A DNA stretch of 64,000 bases, taken from Raillietiella orientalis (taxonomy: Eukaryota). The translations under genes were made by a program, and so were the position numbers. Each line of letters begins with the position of its first letter. The first letter of the stretch is position 1. Of this stretch, positions 21,509 to 34,580 are shown one piece after another. The notes below the pieces were generated by a model. It was not told where the DNA came from. It saw only the letters and a program-made list of their open reading frames with translations, and did no database searches. The DNA lies in assembly GCA_036172245.1 (NCBI GenBank), contig JAYWIR010000009.1:2914001-2978000 (forward strand), given 5' to 3'.

Positions 21509-24256
21509 TGGAAAGGAGAGATCTGGCTTCACGAGGAAGCTCGATCCTGTCCCATTACTCTCGCCTACAGCGTACTGCCCTCCTCTTCATTTAGAATCTT
21601 GAATAAAGGGCTCCGAGTCCAGGGATGAAGGTGTTGTATCTCTCAACTTTTGGATCCCCCAACTCTTTGGTAAGGAAGTTTACCTGTTTGAGATGCAAAA
21701 GCCCAGCACAATGAGCGTTTTCTTGGGGGGACCGCACAGTCCAAACTCCAAAAATACCCTCTCCTTCGTCTTCTTGAGATGGTCCTTCTCGGAAGATGAG
21801 GAACCGTTTCCAGACGATGGATGTCAAGGACCTCGGAGGATTTCCCCGGAGCTCCAGCTGGTGGAGTTCCGGCCTTCCTCCGGTACAAAGGCATCACGAG
21901 TTTCATCTTCCAGTGCAGCACCAAGTTGCCGCATCGTGCAGATGTTCCTCAGATGATGCGGGACCTTTCTCCCCTTGGCCTCTGTGGTTTCCTCCACCGT
22001 TGCCCACCAGGATTCTTTCCTGGAGCCAGGACTGAGCTCACATAGCTGCTGAGTCTCAGCAGAGGGAATCGGTTGTCCCAGATGACCCTTTCTTCCTGAT
22101 CCATCCAGCGCTCAATCCGAACTGGCGTATCCACCAGACGTGCTCTTGGACCTCATGGACCACAAGCAGCTGGTGAGAACTCCTCGTTTGGAGGAAGGCG
22201 AAGCGCGCAATACGCAGCAGCGGCTTCTGGAGAGGAACAGGAATCTCTTCCTTTCTTCCCGTTCCAAAAGGATAAAATCTTTGCTTTTTCTGAGAAGAAG
22301 AGGCTTTTGGCATCGTCTCTGATGGAGGCCTCATTTGGGAAGCTGGCTCTGAGGCCACCATATTGACAATGAGGTCTTTGGCTGTTCCCGAGAGATGATC
22401 TTGAGGATAAGGGAAGCCGAATACACAGTCAAGCGGCCAGAGTCGCGCTGAAGGAGGGTGGCCTATCGCGAGCGAAATCCATGTTTACGGCAGCGTCCCT
22501 TTCGCTGCCTCTGACGAGAAGACGAGCCCAAGAAGTCGCACGCGCCTATCGAAGGAAACCCTCACAGGTTCTGGTTAAATCTGGGGACTGCCCCCTGGGC
22601 GTTCCCAGAAGGCGGTGCGCGGGGCAATCCTCGGTCCAGCTGTTGGTGCATCAGAAGGGGGGGTGAGTTCCAAGAACTCGAATGCCCCACGCGGCTTGGT
22701 CACTCGCCAGGAGGAAGGATGCGTTTCTGGGAAACGGGGACTGAAGCGTTGGAGCAGACAGGAGCGTAAGAGGACCGCAGATGATAGTCACGCTCTCATG
22801 GAACTGTCGGCAGCAGGCGAGACCTCCTTGGAGAGGAGAGCCACTCCAGGGAACTCCCCCTAGCACCCCTGCGAGAGGAGCGAACCCATCGCTCCAGGGG
22901 ACGAGCCCCCCTGTCGGCTCCCCCAGAGCGGTGCGGTGCGCGTCGCTTCCGGCATGCCCCTCCTGCTTGTCCCACGAAAAACTCCCGCCATCTCCCTTGA
23001 ACGCCGCTGGACCATCGTGTACAACTACCGTTCCGAATCAGCGACGTCAGCGTCATAAGAGTTGTTGTTGTTTTCGTGTTATGATCACGTCAGAGCACCC
23101 TCATCGTCTGCGTCGTCACTACCGCTGCCAGCACTATTAGCCCTGGAGGCGGCATCGCCACTCACCCTCACCCTTCTTTCCCCGTGGAGTTCGCTGTGGA
23201 CCGTTTCAGACGAGGCGAAGAAGAAGGGAGGACCCCGGGAATGGGAGCCCGGACCCGTGTCGATCCTTCCTCCTTCCTTTCCTTTCCTCCGTGTCCCGCC
23301 GCACCCAAGCCTCGGATGGCGCGCCTGCCGGGAGAGCAGGCGCTCCGCCGGTGAGGCGGGAAGTTTCGCGCGTTCGGCAGCGCCGCCTGCAGCGCCTCCC
23401 TCGGCGACGGTATCGATCGACGTGCTCAGCCGCTCCCGAACCGGAGGGAGCAAAGGGATCGGCGGAGCTCGGGAGAGCGGCGGAGGGAGGAGGAAGGGGC
23501 CAGGGAGGAGGGAGGAGAGAGTTTGCTTCCGAACAAGGGACAGCCTCGGCTCCTTTTGCGGGAGCGCAAGGACGTCTGGGCCCCAAGTAGGGACGGCTCC
23601 CGGCCCAGCCGCTGATGAAGCCTCCCCTACCTGAGCCGCAGGGACATTCCTTTCGGTTCGCCTCCCCGCACCTGCTGGTGTCTCCAAGCCTCCAGAGAGC
23701 AAGAAAACTCGTCGCAGGGTCCAGACGAAGCTTCCGCGCTGCCGCTGTGCACTCTCCGAAAAGAAATCGAAGTCGCCTTCGAGCTGCCCTAAAGCCTTCA
23801 TCTGGAAGACTCTCCCGGAAGACTTCTAACGAGGATGCGCCCTTGGAAGGAATGGACCCGAGTACGCAGGTGCCGAAGGGGAGGGGAAGGGCGAAGGAAG
23901 CGAACGGGAAAGCGGCCACTCCGGGTGAGCACTGGAGGAGTCGCCGCTCTCCCGGCGCCTGCGGGTGCTCCAGGCGAGATGGAAGCGCAAGGAGAGGGAG
24001 GAAGAGGGAGGGCAACGGGAAGAGAGGCGGCTCATTTCCGCAGGGCGGCTGTCCCTCCCCCCACGCTCTCCGCGTCGGACCGCAGCTCGCTGCGGAAGCC
24101 ACGCGATGTCCGCAAGCGGGCGAGGTCTGCGGACGGCCGCGCGGCTGCGAGGATAGCGCCGAGTTGTTCCGCCATTCCTCGGTCCGTCCAGATCTGCAAG
24201 AGGGAGAGACGACGTCCGGCGAACCGTCCAGCGGGAACGGTTCGGGCGCAGCCCCT

Positions 24257-24421
24257 TTCCTGCAGCCGGAGGACGGGGTGACTGACCAGCCTTCCGAGAC
24301 CTCGGACGCAGCGTCCTCTTCCTCTCCGGCCCCGTGGTACAATTTCCTGAAGGGAAACGGAGTGGCTGACCAGCGGACCGTGTCCTCGGACGCAGCGTCC
24401 TCTTCCTCTCCGGCTCCGTGG
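24257..24421. repeat. Two-copy 84-bp tandem repeat
   Basis: ctcggacgcagcgtcctcttcctctccggc occurs at 24301 and 24385 (period 84). A partial inverted relative lies near 25185-25215. Confidence 0.8.
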
Positions 24422-26229
24422 CGCGGCTTTCGGCCGCGGTCCTGCAACAGTCTGAGGACTCCCGGCTCGCGATTCTGGTGTCGCGAAAACTCACTGTCCT
24501 GTACGACCTGGCGCGGGATGGCGCAGGAGCGCTCCCGAGATGGTGATCTGTAGACAGGTGTAGCCTCCGCATGTGGCTCTTGGAGCGCTCGCTGGGAGAG
24601 GACGCTCATAAAACGGCCACCGGGCCTCGCACCGGATAGGATGGGGAGCAAACAAATCGGCCGTAGCTCTGGAGCCCTGGATCTTTGGGAGAGCCGTCTC
24701 CTTGGAAACGCAGCTAGGAGGAAGGGTCAGACCTTCTCTGTTGCTGGAGATCGGGAAAGTCTGACTTATGTCGCAACTTTAAGTAACATATGTAAAATGA
24801 CTTAAAGTTTTCACACCTGGATTCGACGGATAAGAGGATTCAGATGATCCGACGGCTAAGAGTGATGACGCATGGGAAAGTCGTCTGCCTGTCCGGAGCG
24901 GATCTAATCTTTCCATCTCCCAGTCGCCTTCCCCCAGGGTTGGAGTCTCGGAGAAGGTAAGGAAAGCGGGGCAGCGTCGTCCTCAGAGTTTCCCCCACGT
25001 CCGCGGAAACGCACCAGAGGAATTTCTGGACTGCCCGAAAGCGCGAAGACGGCGTCGCGTGAACGCGATCGCCGGCGGAATCCCGGGAGCGCTTTGTCGG
25101 TCGGAGGCCTCTCAGGTAGTCGTAAGACCGCGGCCGGAAGCTGCGCCACGGCACTGGAGAGGAAGAATATGGACCACTCTTCGTCTGAGGGTGCGGTCCG
25201 CTGGTCAGTCACCTCATCCCTCTCCAGGAACTACTCCATGGCACCAAAGTGCCATCCGGGAACGATCAGGAAGTTAGTGTCGTCATGCAACCTTGCGAAG
25301 TTCCTCGAGCGGCTAGGAACGGAGATCCAGCGTGGCCCGGTTGCCTGGCAGATGAGCAGGCTGGGACACTCCCTGAGCCACCGGGTGCAGATCACTAGCA
25401 GCCTTCAGGCCCAGGGCATGGAGAGGGTCAAGGCAGCGAGCGTGATGCAGTGGCGAAAGACCCTCCGCTATCGCGTCGCGGGCTGGGGTCCCAGCGGCGA
25501 CGGACAAGAAAAGGCGACACTCAAGTCCGTGGAAGCTGCCAAGGATCCCTCACCTCCCGCGTCGCTCCACATGTCCCCTGCAGCCGTGGTCTTCCTATGA
25601 GCTGCTGCTGCTGCTGCTGTGTGGTTCGGAAACCCTGGCTTCCTGCCTCAACACCAAGAAGGACGCATCCCGATCCCTGAGCTTCTTGCAACTCACGATC
25701 ACGGGGAGGGACGTCCGCGCAGGAATGAAAGAGATTCCGGTCCCAGTGGGAAGCCCTCGCAGAAATGCCCTCGGGAACGGCAGCAGGAATGGAAACGCCC
25801 TTTGTTTCAGGGGATCAGAGGGACACTGGCCTGACCACACGAGCAGCGCCTTGGCGAGTCTCCCGTGGATGGCAGGCACGAAGCAGAAAGGGCCCTTCAA
25901 GCAGCCTGAGGCATGCATCAATCATCGCGCTAGAAAAAATGGTCTTGACCTGAACTGGCAAAAAGTCAGACGGATTCTTTGGGTGAAAAAAAAGGAAAAA
26001 ACCTTTTTTTTCTTTTTCAATTCTTACAGGAAGCTGGAATGTCACGAATCTCCATGATGTCTCGGCGCTGCTTCCAGGTCACATTCACACGTACAATCAT
26101 GCGTTATGCTAGCGGCATGGTCCACCTTCTCCGTGACCAATCCTGTCTCTTCCTCTTCTCCTACTGTCGAAGGATGCTGTCTGAGGTCGACTTAATCCTG
26201 AATGGGGGCATCTCGTGCTTCCGGTTCAG

Positions 26230-26680
26230 GTGTCCCGGGAGTGCTGCGTGTCCGAGCACACAGCATTTCTCTCCTGGTGTGCCTCCGGATGCTCCCTCCT
26301 TACGTCGTCGGATCCCAGACCCCGTGAATCCAGGGATCCTGCGACGAGCATCCCAGGACTCAATGGTACCCACACAAGTCGGGCGAGGAAGTGGAGAAGC
26401 CCCTCCGGTTCGTCTCCTCCAGGAACAAGTAGCATCCAGCGTAGTCGCTCTTTCCGTTGCCCCGAGGCTCCAAATCCCGTCGCAGCTTCGAACCCATTCC
26501 CGGAATGCTCACGAGGCCGGAAGCAGCTTCTGGTCTTCTTGAGCGGTCCTCCTAGCCATCGATTCGCCGCGCCTCTAGGTGATCACCCCCATGTTTCCAT
26601 GGCTACGATTCCTTCTCACCACACGCCTTGTGCACGTGATATTAGCTCCTACGCTAACCACACCATCAAATGAGCCGACC
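26230..26680 (-). mobile_element. Second RLE-type (NeSL/Utopia-like) C-terminal fragment
   Basis: SKLRRDL (RPDL), TLDATCSW (DVTCPFE), LVAGSLDS (VGALGSW) and VCSDTQHSRDT (CVSDTIxxSRD). Frameshifted. Confidence 0.65.
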
Positions 26681-27049
26681 CACGTGGAAAAATAGGCCGT
26701 TCTCAGAAATGGAACGTTTCCCATCGAGCAGAAACAGTGCTGGAAGGAAGGGAGGAGAAAGAGGGAGGAAGGGAGAGAGAGGAAGAAAAGAGGAAGAAGG
26801 AAGGAAAAACGAACTGTGTCTGACCCAAGGCATGACCTCTCCTTATACGAGTGCTTCGCGGTGGGAGAAAGCATAGCTTCCTTGGTCCGGATCATCCGCA
26901 GAAAGCAGGCGATTTCCTTCCTACGTACCCATCGGAAGCTTCATATCCGGATCTGAGCTTCAGTCCACTTTCTTTCAGAACCCATGTTGTCTTCGCTCAT
27001 CCACCGTCCGGATGCTGCTGGAACTGTTGATGTTTCCTTTGGTGGACGA

Positions 27050-27800
27050 CCCTGGTTGTCTTCTTCCGATGGAGACCGCGGAGGAGCTCCAGAAGTGAGC
27101 TTGATGATAGTCAGCAGCACAAGCCTGAGGCAGTATGAAGGCGACCTGCGTTCTCAGCGGAGAGCATCGAATATCGTTGGGACCTCTGGGCGTACCGGAT
27201 GATGAGAAAGGAGGTCGCCTCTGACCCGCTTATCCTCAACACAGATAAGCAAGGCGCTACCTGATAAGCGGATGGAGGCATCTCGAGTTCCGCAGCACTG
27301 CGAGCGTGAGAGAACTAGAAAAGTGTTTCTCCAGAAGCATCAACAATCAAAGAGTTGTCTCCTGGGAAAACTCCTCCGCATCCAATCGCTTCTCGGCCTT
27401 TTGGCTAAGATCAAAGTGTAGCAAGAGAGGGATGGAGAGACCCTCGTGTAAGATTCAGGAGCGTCCCGGGAACGCTTAGAAGGGAGCCTTTCCGGATGAG
27501 CAGGAGCTGGAATGCTTTCCATAGTCCCCGGTGGCTCTATGGGGTTCATTTCGAAAAGGTTTTCGCCCTAATGTTTCAAGCTTGGCGCTCTGGACCAACA
27601 ACGATCAGCGTGGATTCTGATCCGTCTAGGAAGATGCGAGTGATTTCTCAAAAGGGAAAGTTCCGGACGAATAGCATCCAGGAATCTCGAATGATTTCGT
27701 TGGTGGACTTCAGTTCTTGAGGTCCACAAATCCCTCCATAGAACAGTCCACGAAAAATCCTCAAGATGAAGGTCGCTTTTCTACTCTGACTTAAGCAAGA
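27050..27800 (-). mobile_element. Highly decayed APE-like fragment surrounding the U2 piece
   Basis: PQELK (LQE), IPAPAHPER (YAP), LLSHHPV (LSDHxPV) and PSYCLRLVLL (GYWKLNxxLL) occur in the expected order. Confidence 0.4.
27385..27421 (+). ncRNA. U2: U2 snRNA 5' fragment (nt 1-37), 3'-truncated pseudogene
   Basis: ATCGCTTCTCGGCCTTTTGGCTAAGATCAAAGTGTAG matches the U2 5' end (stem I up to the branch-site recognition sequence). The expected continuation TATCTGTTCTTATC is absent. Confidence 0.93.
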
Positions 27801-29379
27801 CACGAACCGTAGATCAGTTTTGAATCGCCTCCTCCCTTTTTTCTCCTCCCTCCTCTTCCTCTCCTCCTCCCTTCCTTCCTTCCTTCCCTTCATCATCATC
27901 ATCATCCTACTACTATTATTATTATTAGTCCCTTCTCGGAGGGTCCGGGTAAGCAAGTGGTGAGGAGGGGGGATTAGGCGCAGCATGCGAATGCAGGGAG
28001 ACGCAAGAAATCAGTTCTTTGACAGTGATGAGGCGCGGATTCTCTGAGCAGCGATGGAAGCAGATTCTCTGTAGCGAGGTAGTCAGTGGTGCAGCGACGG
28101 GAGCGACCAGGAGCGTGCAGCAGAGACAAGATTCTGCTGCGGCTCTTACTCGCGCGTCTCAACGGCGTCCCCACTCCAAGATGAACAGATGTTCTCGGGG
28201 AAAAAGGACCAACATGGAGAAGAGGGATGTATTGGAGCAGACATGACGGGAAGAACTGATGAACTCGCGAGCGGTGCAGAGCTGCCAAGCATCTCTGCTG
28301 GTATGGCAAGAAAGGAAAAAAGGAAACTGGACAAAGCAGAGCAGCAAAAGCTCTCGGCTGCGAAAATAGGAGGTCAAGGCGGCTTTCGATTCGAGCACGC
28401 AAACCGCAGCGCATAGCCCCCCGTCGGCCAAAGAGGAGTTCCGAATCGCCGTTCCTGGCCAGGAGGGACGAGCAGTTAGGGGAGCGCAACTCTGCCAAGA
28501 CCAACTGACAGAGCGCCCGCTCGAGAGACCGGGGTCCCCTTTGGAGCGACGGAGGCACTTGCACCGGGGCAAAGTCTCCTGTGTTTCCCCTGACTCCCCC
28601 AGATCGCACCCCGAGCTCAGCGGCGGATTCCGAGAATCGCACGCATGGCGCAGTTGCACTTGGCTATCCCGAGCTCCGGCCGAGGGAAGAAGGTTCCTCC
28701 TCCTCTCTTTCTCCTTTCCCTCTCTCCCTCTTCCTCTTCCCTTCCTCTTCCCCCTCTTTTCCTGCTCCTCCTCCCTTCCGAGCCGAGGGAAGGAGGTCAG
28801 CGACACCACTCTCTCTTCAGGAAGAGCTCTGGCTCGCTTCTTTCCTTGAGCCGCTCTTCTCCGGTCCCTTCGTACCTTTTAGGAGGTGCTGCTTAGACGC
28901 TTGAAGACGCTGAGATTGGGACATCAATGGCACTCCGTTTTTTGCTACTCTCTTTGCAACTGGTTGGTATTCTTATCCTGTTGGTGGTAAGGGTTCGAAA
29001 TCGGAGCGGAATAGGAGCGGTCGAGGTGGCTTCGCCGTCGGTGGGTCCTATGAGGAAGCTCCACCCATGTCGGGCTGCCTGAGGTCTTCATCGCTCCCTT
29101 TTCTTCCTCCTCCTTTACCTCCTATTCATCGTTGTCTTTGTCGTCATTCACAGAAGTAGCAGCGGCACCGCACAGTTTCTTGAGTCCACAGAGTTACCTC
29201 GTGGGCAGTCTCCAAGAAGCGCTGTCAGTCTTCCGCTCCTGGTTCCTGTCCCCTCCGTGCCTTGGGTGTTGCCAGCGCTCTTCTCTGTGAGGTGCATGGC
29301 AAGCGGTGGGCAACCGCACCCACGATTAAGAGCGCGGCTTCTCCCCTCCCCTTCTCTTTTTCGCTTCCTGCGCCTCCAG

Positions 29380-29700
29380 GCGAATGCTGCGGTAGGATGG
29401 CCAGAAGCCGGCTGCTTCCAGCCCTCGACCACGGAAGTGCTGTCGAATGGCTCCCTGAAGACCACATTCCTGGAGGACGGAGTCCTCGTGGCTGCTCTTA
29501 CCGTTCCGTGCCGCTCTCTGGTGCGGTGGGCCACTTGGTGGATGCGAGCTGAGCTTCCAAGTAGGACCTGCTCTTCGTTTCTCGAGTCTACCTCCTTTCC
29601 GGGGACGTCGGTTCGGCAGCAGACCAGTAGGGCAGTCCAACAGTGAAGTGAGCGAAAGAACGCAAGAAAGGCCCGGATGTTAGCAAAGAGCAAGTCCGGA
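29380..29700 (-). mobile_element. Decayed APE N-terminal fragment
   Basis: LFANIRAF (xNxRG), TDVPGKEV (DxxxLQE) and SRNVVFR (SxGVxxL). Confidence 0.45.
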
Positions 29701-30299
29701 ATATCCGTCGAGGAAGGCAGACTTCACTGGAAAATGCACAAGAAAGTCTCTTGTGTCCCCTGGCCAACGAGAGTCGTTCTCCTTGAGCCCAACCACTCCC
29801 CGTCGAGGGAAGACCACATGGAACAGAGTGGGAACACTTTTCTGCGGCAGGGGATACAAGGGGGTCTTGCGTGACTTCTCGTCCGTACGAGACAGGCCTA
29901 CTCGTCACACAGGCGGAATCTCAGGTGCAGCCTCCCGCAAGCATCCTGAAGCGTTCCTTCTGCAGCCAACCTCCCATCCCACGTCTACAGCAGATGCGCA
30001 TCCGAAGTTGGTGGCCTGATACCAGTCCACCACACCTTGGCGTTCCGTTGGGCGTGTCACTTTGGACAGGGCGATAACTTAAGCCCTTTGCTCTTCAGCA
30101 TCTAGGCTGAGTTGGTGCCGAAGGCGTACGGACTGATCTTGACCAGCCTGCCCAGCTCCTGTCCGGGAATGCCGGGGCGTGGCCGCTTGCGCGGACACCT
30201 TGCCTCTCCTGTTGTCCGCGCCCACCCCGGAGGGTACGCTCGAGGACTTCCCCGAGCGCAACCGCCGGCTTCTTTGCGGGCGTGAGGGTCAGCAGAAGG

Positions 30300-31130
30300 A
30301 GCCTGGTCGTCTCCTTGAGCGCGACGTGGGAGGGGCAGTCCCACTCGATCCGTCTGGGGGACGGACGAGTACTCCAATTTGAAAAACTCGGCCTTCAAAT
30401 GACCTTGGAGTTTCGTTGGGTGACTCCCCTGTTGCAGATGAGCGGTCGGAACGCCTTCAGAAGGCTGAGGTGGCTGCCGGCCTGCTGCTCGACGGCGAGT
30501 TCGTCTTACCAGAACGGGCCGTCATCTGGGACATTCCTGTCGCTTCCTTCCTCCGCCCCTAATTTTTTGTTTTTCCGTCCCCTTATTCGGTCAAGATCCG
30601 GGCGCATTGCTCCTTGGAAGAGTCCTATGGGGCGCTGCAAGGTCCCCGATGCTCCAAAAGACTTGGTGACGCTGTGCCAGCATTCCCGCTGGGTCATCCT
30701 GATCACCACTGAGTCGGACTGCAGGTGCAGTTCCGACTTTTAACCCTTTATGGAGAATTGTGAGCTCGTCACTGGTGCGATCTGGCACGCCACATCCACC
30801 GGCAAAGCACCGCAAGCGTAGGACGTCTTTCGCTGCTGCCGCACAACCCACATAGGGAAACTGGATTTGTTTGCCCCCTGATGCATCTGTTCCCACTTCC
30901 GGTAGTCTACCGGTGGTTCTCAGGCCTCCCCTTAAACTGGAACGCCTGGCGGCTGAGACTGGAGTCCTGGGTTGCCTCTTTGGAAGTGCGCCCAGAGGAA
31001 CCGCGAAGGCGACAGAATCTCCTAGACAAACCTGCAGGAGATATCCCTCAGGAGTGGACGCAGTGGTCCGGGATGGCCATCCTGCAAAGCGCTGTCCGCC
31101 CTTAGGGTAAACCATGGCAGCAGCCAACTG
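30300..31130 (-). mobile_element. Decayed L1/Tx1-type RT fragment
   Basis: GVPD..LTILHKGL, IRMTQRECWHS (RGxRQGCPxS) and a downstream DD..F region. Frameshifted. Confidence 0.5.
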
Positions 31131-31269
31131 GTGGAATTGGAGTTCTCCTGCAGCATCGCAGGATAAAGAAAGAAACTCCTGGACGACTGCAAGACGAGCT
31201 AGCTGGTGAATGCCATTACTCCGCGTTTTCGGGCAACGGGACTTCTTCGGTGAAGCAACCTGCTTGGTT

Positions 31270-32030
31270 TAATACCCGGTACGGCTGGGACGTTTATTGT
31301 AAAAAATAAACATACATGTGTAGGTCCATCGGGCCTACATCGAAAATGCTCGGAACCTCCCGAGGAACCGACACGCAGGTCGGCGAGGTTCACCTCGGCA
31401 GCGGAGGGGGAGGGGGCAAACAAAAAATAAAAAATCAACAAAAATATATATACAAAAATTGGGAGGGTTAGGGAAAGGATCACCGGTGCTGGAGGTCGTC
31501 CTCTGTATCCTTTCCAGGATGCTGGCAAGTTTCATCCGATTGTGCCCCAGGTGGGGCCATCTTGCTGCCATCTGCAGGAAGTGCAGGGCGAAGCAGATGG
31601 CGTCCCTATCGTGACGTCATCCTCTCGTGTAGCTCCAGACCGCCATAATCCCGCGTAGGCAGCAGCAAAGAGCTGCTGCGGATGTGACACGAGAAGGGGC
31701 GTCGCGCACGAAGAGGCGCTTTGTCGTGTTCCTGGGATCGTCTATCGGTGTGCCAAGGTGTAACCCAACCACAGGGCCTGGAGGGCCACACAGTGTACAT
31801 GCAGGTGCGGGAGGGATTCCCGTTCCCTGCACCTGCAAGTGTGAGGTTTCATATCCCCCCGGGTCCATTGAGAGCAGAGGGCGTTGATGGGAGGCTCCAG
31901 TGCAACAGCAGAAGTGCCGACTCCTGCCACTTCAGGGGAGGGCCGGTTGTTCTTCAGCGCTGGGGACCACTCGAGTTTTTCCTGAAGGATTCCTAGCAGG
32001 CCACCCCAGCCCAATAGTCCTTTCGGTGGA
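31270..32030 (-). mobile_element. Tx1/L1-like element 3' end, copy C
   Basis: LEWSPAL..., CRCRERESLPHLHVHC, KRLFVRDA, AARWPHLG, DPFP, T-rich tract and the same 3' UTR motif as copy A. Confidence 0.8.
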
Positions 32031-34384
32031 GCACTTGCTTGCAGCGCCCTCGCCTGGAGCAGAGTCCTTCTGTTTCCTGGTGCTCGCCTCGTTGCCCCGG
32101 AGAGGTCGTCTGCGGAGACGACGTCCTTCGAGAGCCCATTCGCAGTCTTCGCGTTCCAGCGCGGACAGCTTTCGTCTCCAGGATGACGGCGGTGCTCGGT
32201 CTCGTCTGCGGCGGCGTCTGAAGAAGAGGGCCGACGGCACTTCGGGCGGGGGAATCCATCAACCGTTCGACCCCCTTCCCTCCTCCGGTCGGGTGGAGGA
32301 GACGATAGAAGCCGGCTGCGCTGCAGATGACAGACGACTCCTCCGGCGAGGCCTCCACCCCGCCTCCTCGCAAGAAGGCGCTACGCCGGACGTGGTCGAG
32401 GGCGATCCATCAAGAGAGCCCCTCGGATAGAACCGGCAGCGGATCGCCGCTTTCATCCATCTACTCAGGGCCGGCGCCCTTCAAGTTCCGTCCGCGCCAC
32501 GAAGAGGGCGCGGCGGGAGGGGGAAGGAAGGCCGATTGCCGCTTCTTGCCGCTCCCCGGTGTTGCTTCGAGGGAAGCGAAGGTCGCCTCCGTGCCCCGAG
32601 GGCATTCTCTTTTCGGTACCCCTCTGGGATGGGGTGGGGGCGACGCGGCTAAGGGAACGGGAGCGCCCCGGAAAGGCGCGCCGAAGAGGCGAGGCAGGAA
32701 GGATTGCTCCCCGGGGTCTCAAGGGATGCAGGAAAAGGAATGGGGGGGCGAGGGAAACGCCTACGCCTAACGCCCGCTCGGGGTCTCCGGAGTGGGCCTT
32801 GTGGCTCGGTCATCTCCAGCCTGGTCTCGCTCTCTTCGTTGGAAGGGGCTCACTCAGCGGGCCGCCGTCAGAGCGGCGGCTGCAGCCCCCGGCGCTCCGT
32901 GGAGCCATCTCCCAGGAGACGGGGAGGACCGCTTCCGCTTCCTTCCGGTCCCGGGAGGCAGGGATGCTGCGGGGATGCTGTGTGGGAGGAGGGGACCTCT
33001 TCATCATTGTCAGCTCGCGAAATTTTTTTATCGGCGGGTGACGGAGGAATCTCCTCCCCGGCACGGACGCCGTCCATCGCTCAGCCCGAGCGGTCGCCCG
33101 AGCAGCCGGGAACCGAGCGGTGTTGTGCTGGGAAAGAGCAGACTCGTCCGCAGAGTGCGGTGGAGGAACCCGACGGTGCGGGAGCGAGGTGATGCTGCGC
33201 GTTTCCGGTGGAGTTGCGAGGCGGTGACGGAAAGAAGGGAGGCGAGGATGGGCGGAGGGCAGCAGGGAGACCGTCGAAGGGAGAGGAGGACCCTCTGGAA
33301 GGAAAGGGGCCGCACCCGCCTCTGATCTTAGCTCGGGAGGTAATCGGGGGAACAAGGAAGCCACCAAGCGCGCGCGAGAGGGAGGGAGTGAGAGGATTGG
33401 CTTAGCCGCTCCACGTGAGCCATTATTCCTGCCCACAGGGCCCGGGGCCGTGCCTTCGAAGCGGACCCTCCTGCAGCTTGCCTGGAAGGGCCGCCCGTTT
33501 GTCCGGAGGAGCAACGCGGCGCGCGTTGGTCGACCCGGCAGGGGCCTGGTGCCGCCGGCAGATGACTCCCCCTGAAGGCCAAGGCGACGCTCGCTCGGAG
33601 CCCTTGCCGTTTCCTCCGCAGCCGTAGGATGCCACCTGTTCATCCCCAGGGTCTTTAGGTCCGCGTCAGCTCCCGCGGAGGCCCTCAGGGTCGCCCGAAC
33701 AGGGCGCGTTTGAACCCACTTGTCCACCGGAACGCCGGCGGGTGCATCCCGGGGTCCGCGCGGCCAACCTGTCGCCCAAGTTCCTGAGCCAGCATCTGGA
33801 CCAGCCGGCTCGGAGCCGCGGCCTTCGCATTCGAACGCGCGGCGTCCACTGTGCACGCACCGGCCGCTTGCATCCATGCCCGCGCAGGCGCAAGCGAGCT
33901 TGCTCGCGGTGCAGGAGCCATCGGGCACGAACATGGCACCCAGGTGCTCAGGAGGAGAACGCACCTCAGTAGGCAAAGTGCCCATGATGGGTGGGTTACA
34001 CGGGTGCACACACAAACACGGACAGAGCACACGTGATGGATGCAATGAACACACGCGTGAGATGACCACGCACACCCGTGCATTCGTGTGTGCGCACTCG
34101 ATGCCGTGTGCACACATACAAGGATGTATATGTGATACACGAATACATAAGCAGAGAGCAGCTTCACAGATACACGAACGCACACAGGTGATGCGCGTAT
34201 GCAAGTAAGAGCGCCGATACACAGATGCGTACACTTTGTACGAATAGAACGCACCTGCACGGAGAAGGCCATGGACGTGGAGTGGAGTGCACCTTTGCGG
34301 ATGGAGCATGGATTGAACAAACACGCATCGGTAGATCACACATGCATTCACGGAAAAGGTGTGCATCTGTACAACAAACGTAAA

Positions 34385-34580
34385 TTCTTGAAACGGTTGA
34401 GTATTCGTGGAACATTCGGCCATTCGTGGAACGGCCGTCCATTCGTAAAACATACACTTAACCATGAAACGCATGCATTCGTAGACCAGTCGTTTATTCG
34501 TAGAACGGTCACCCATTCGTAGAATACTCGTCGGTTCCTGCAACAACACGCATTCGTGGAACGCTGGTCCAATCGCGGAA
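34385..34580. repeat. Degenerate ~19-bp tandem array with core YATTCGTRGAA, inside a CA/TG-rich low-complexity block (33960-34780)
   Basis: Cores start at 34385, 34404, 34423, 34442, 34478, 34497, 34516, 34535, 34553 and 34572. Confidence 0.75.
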
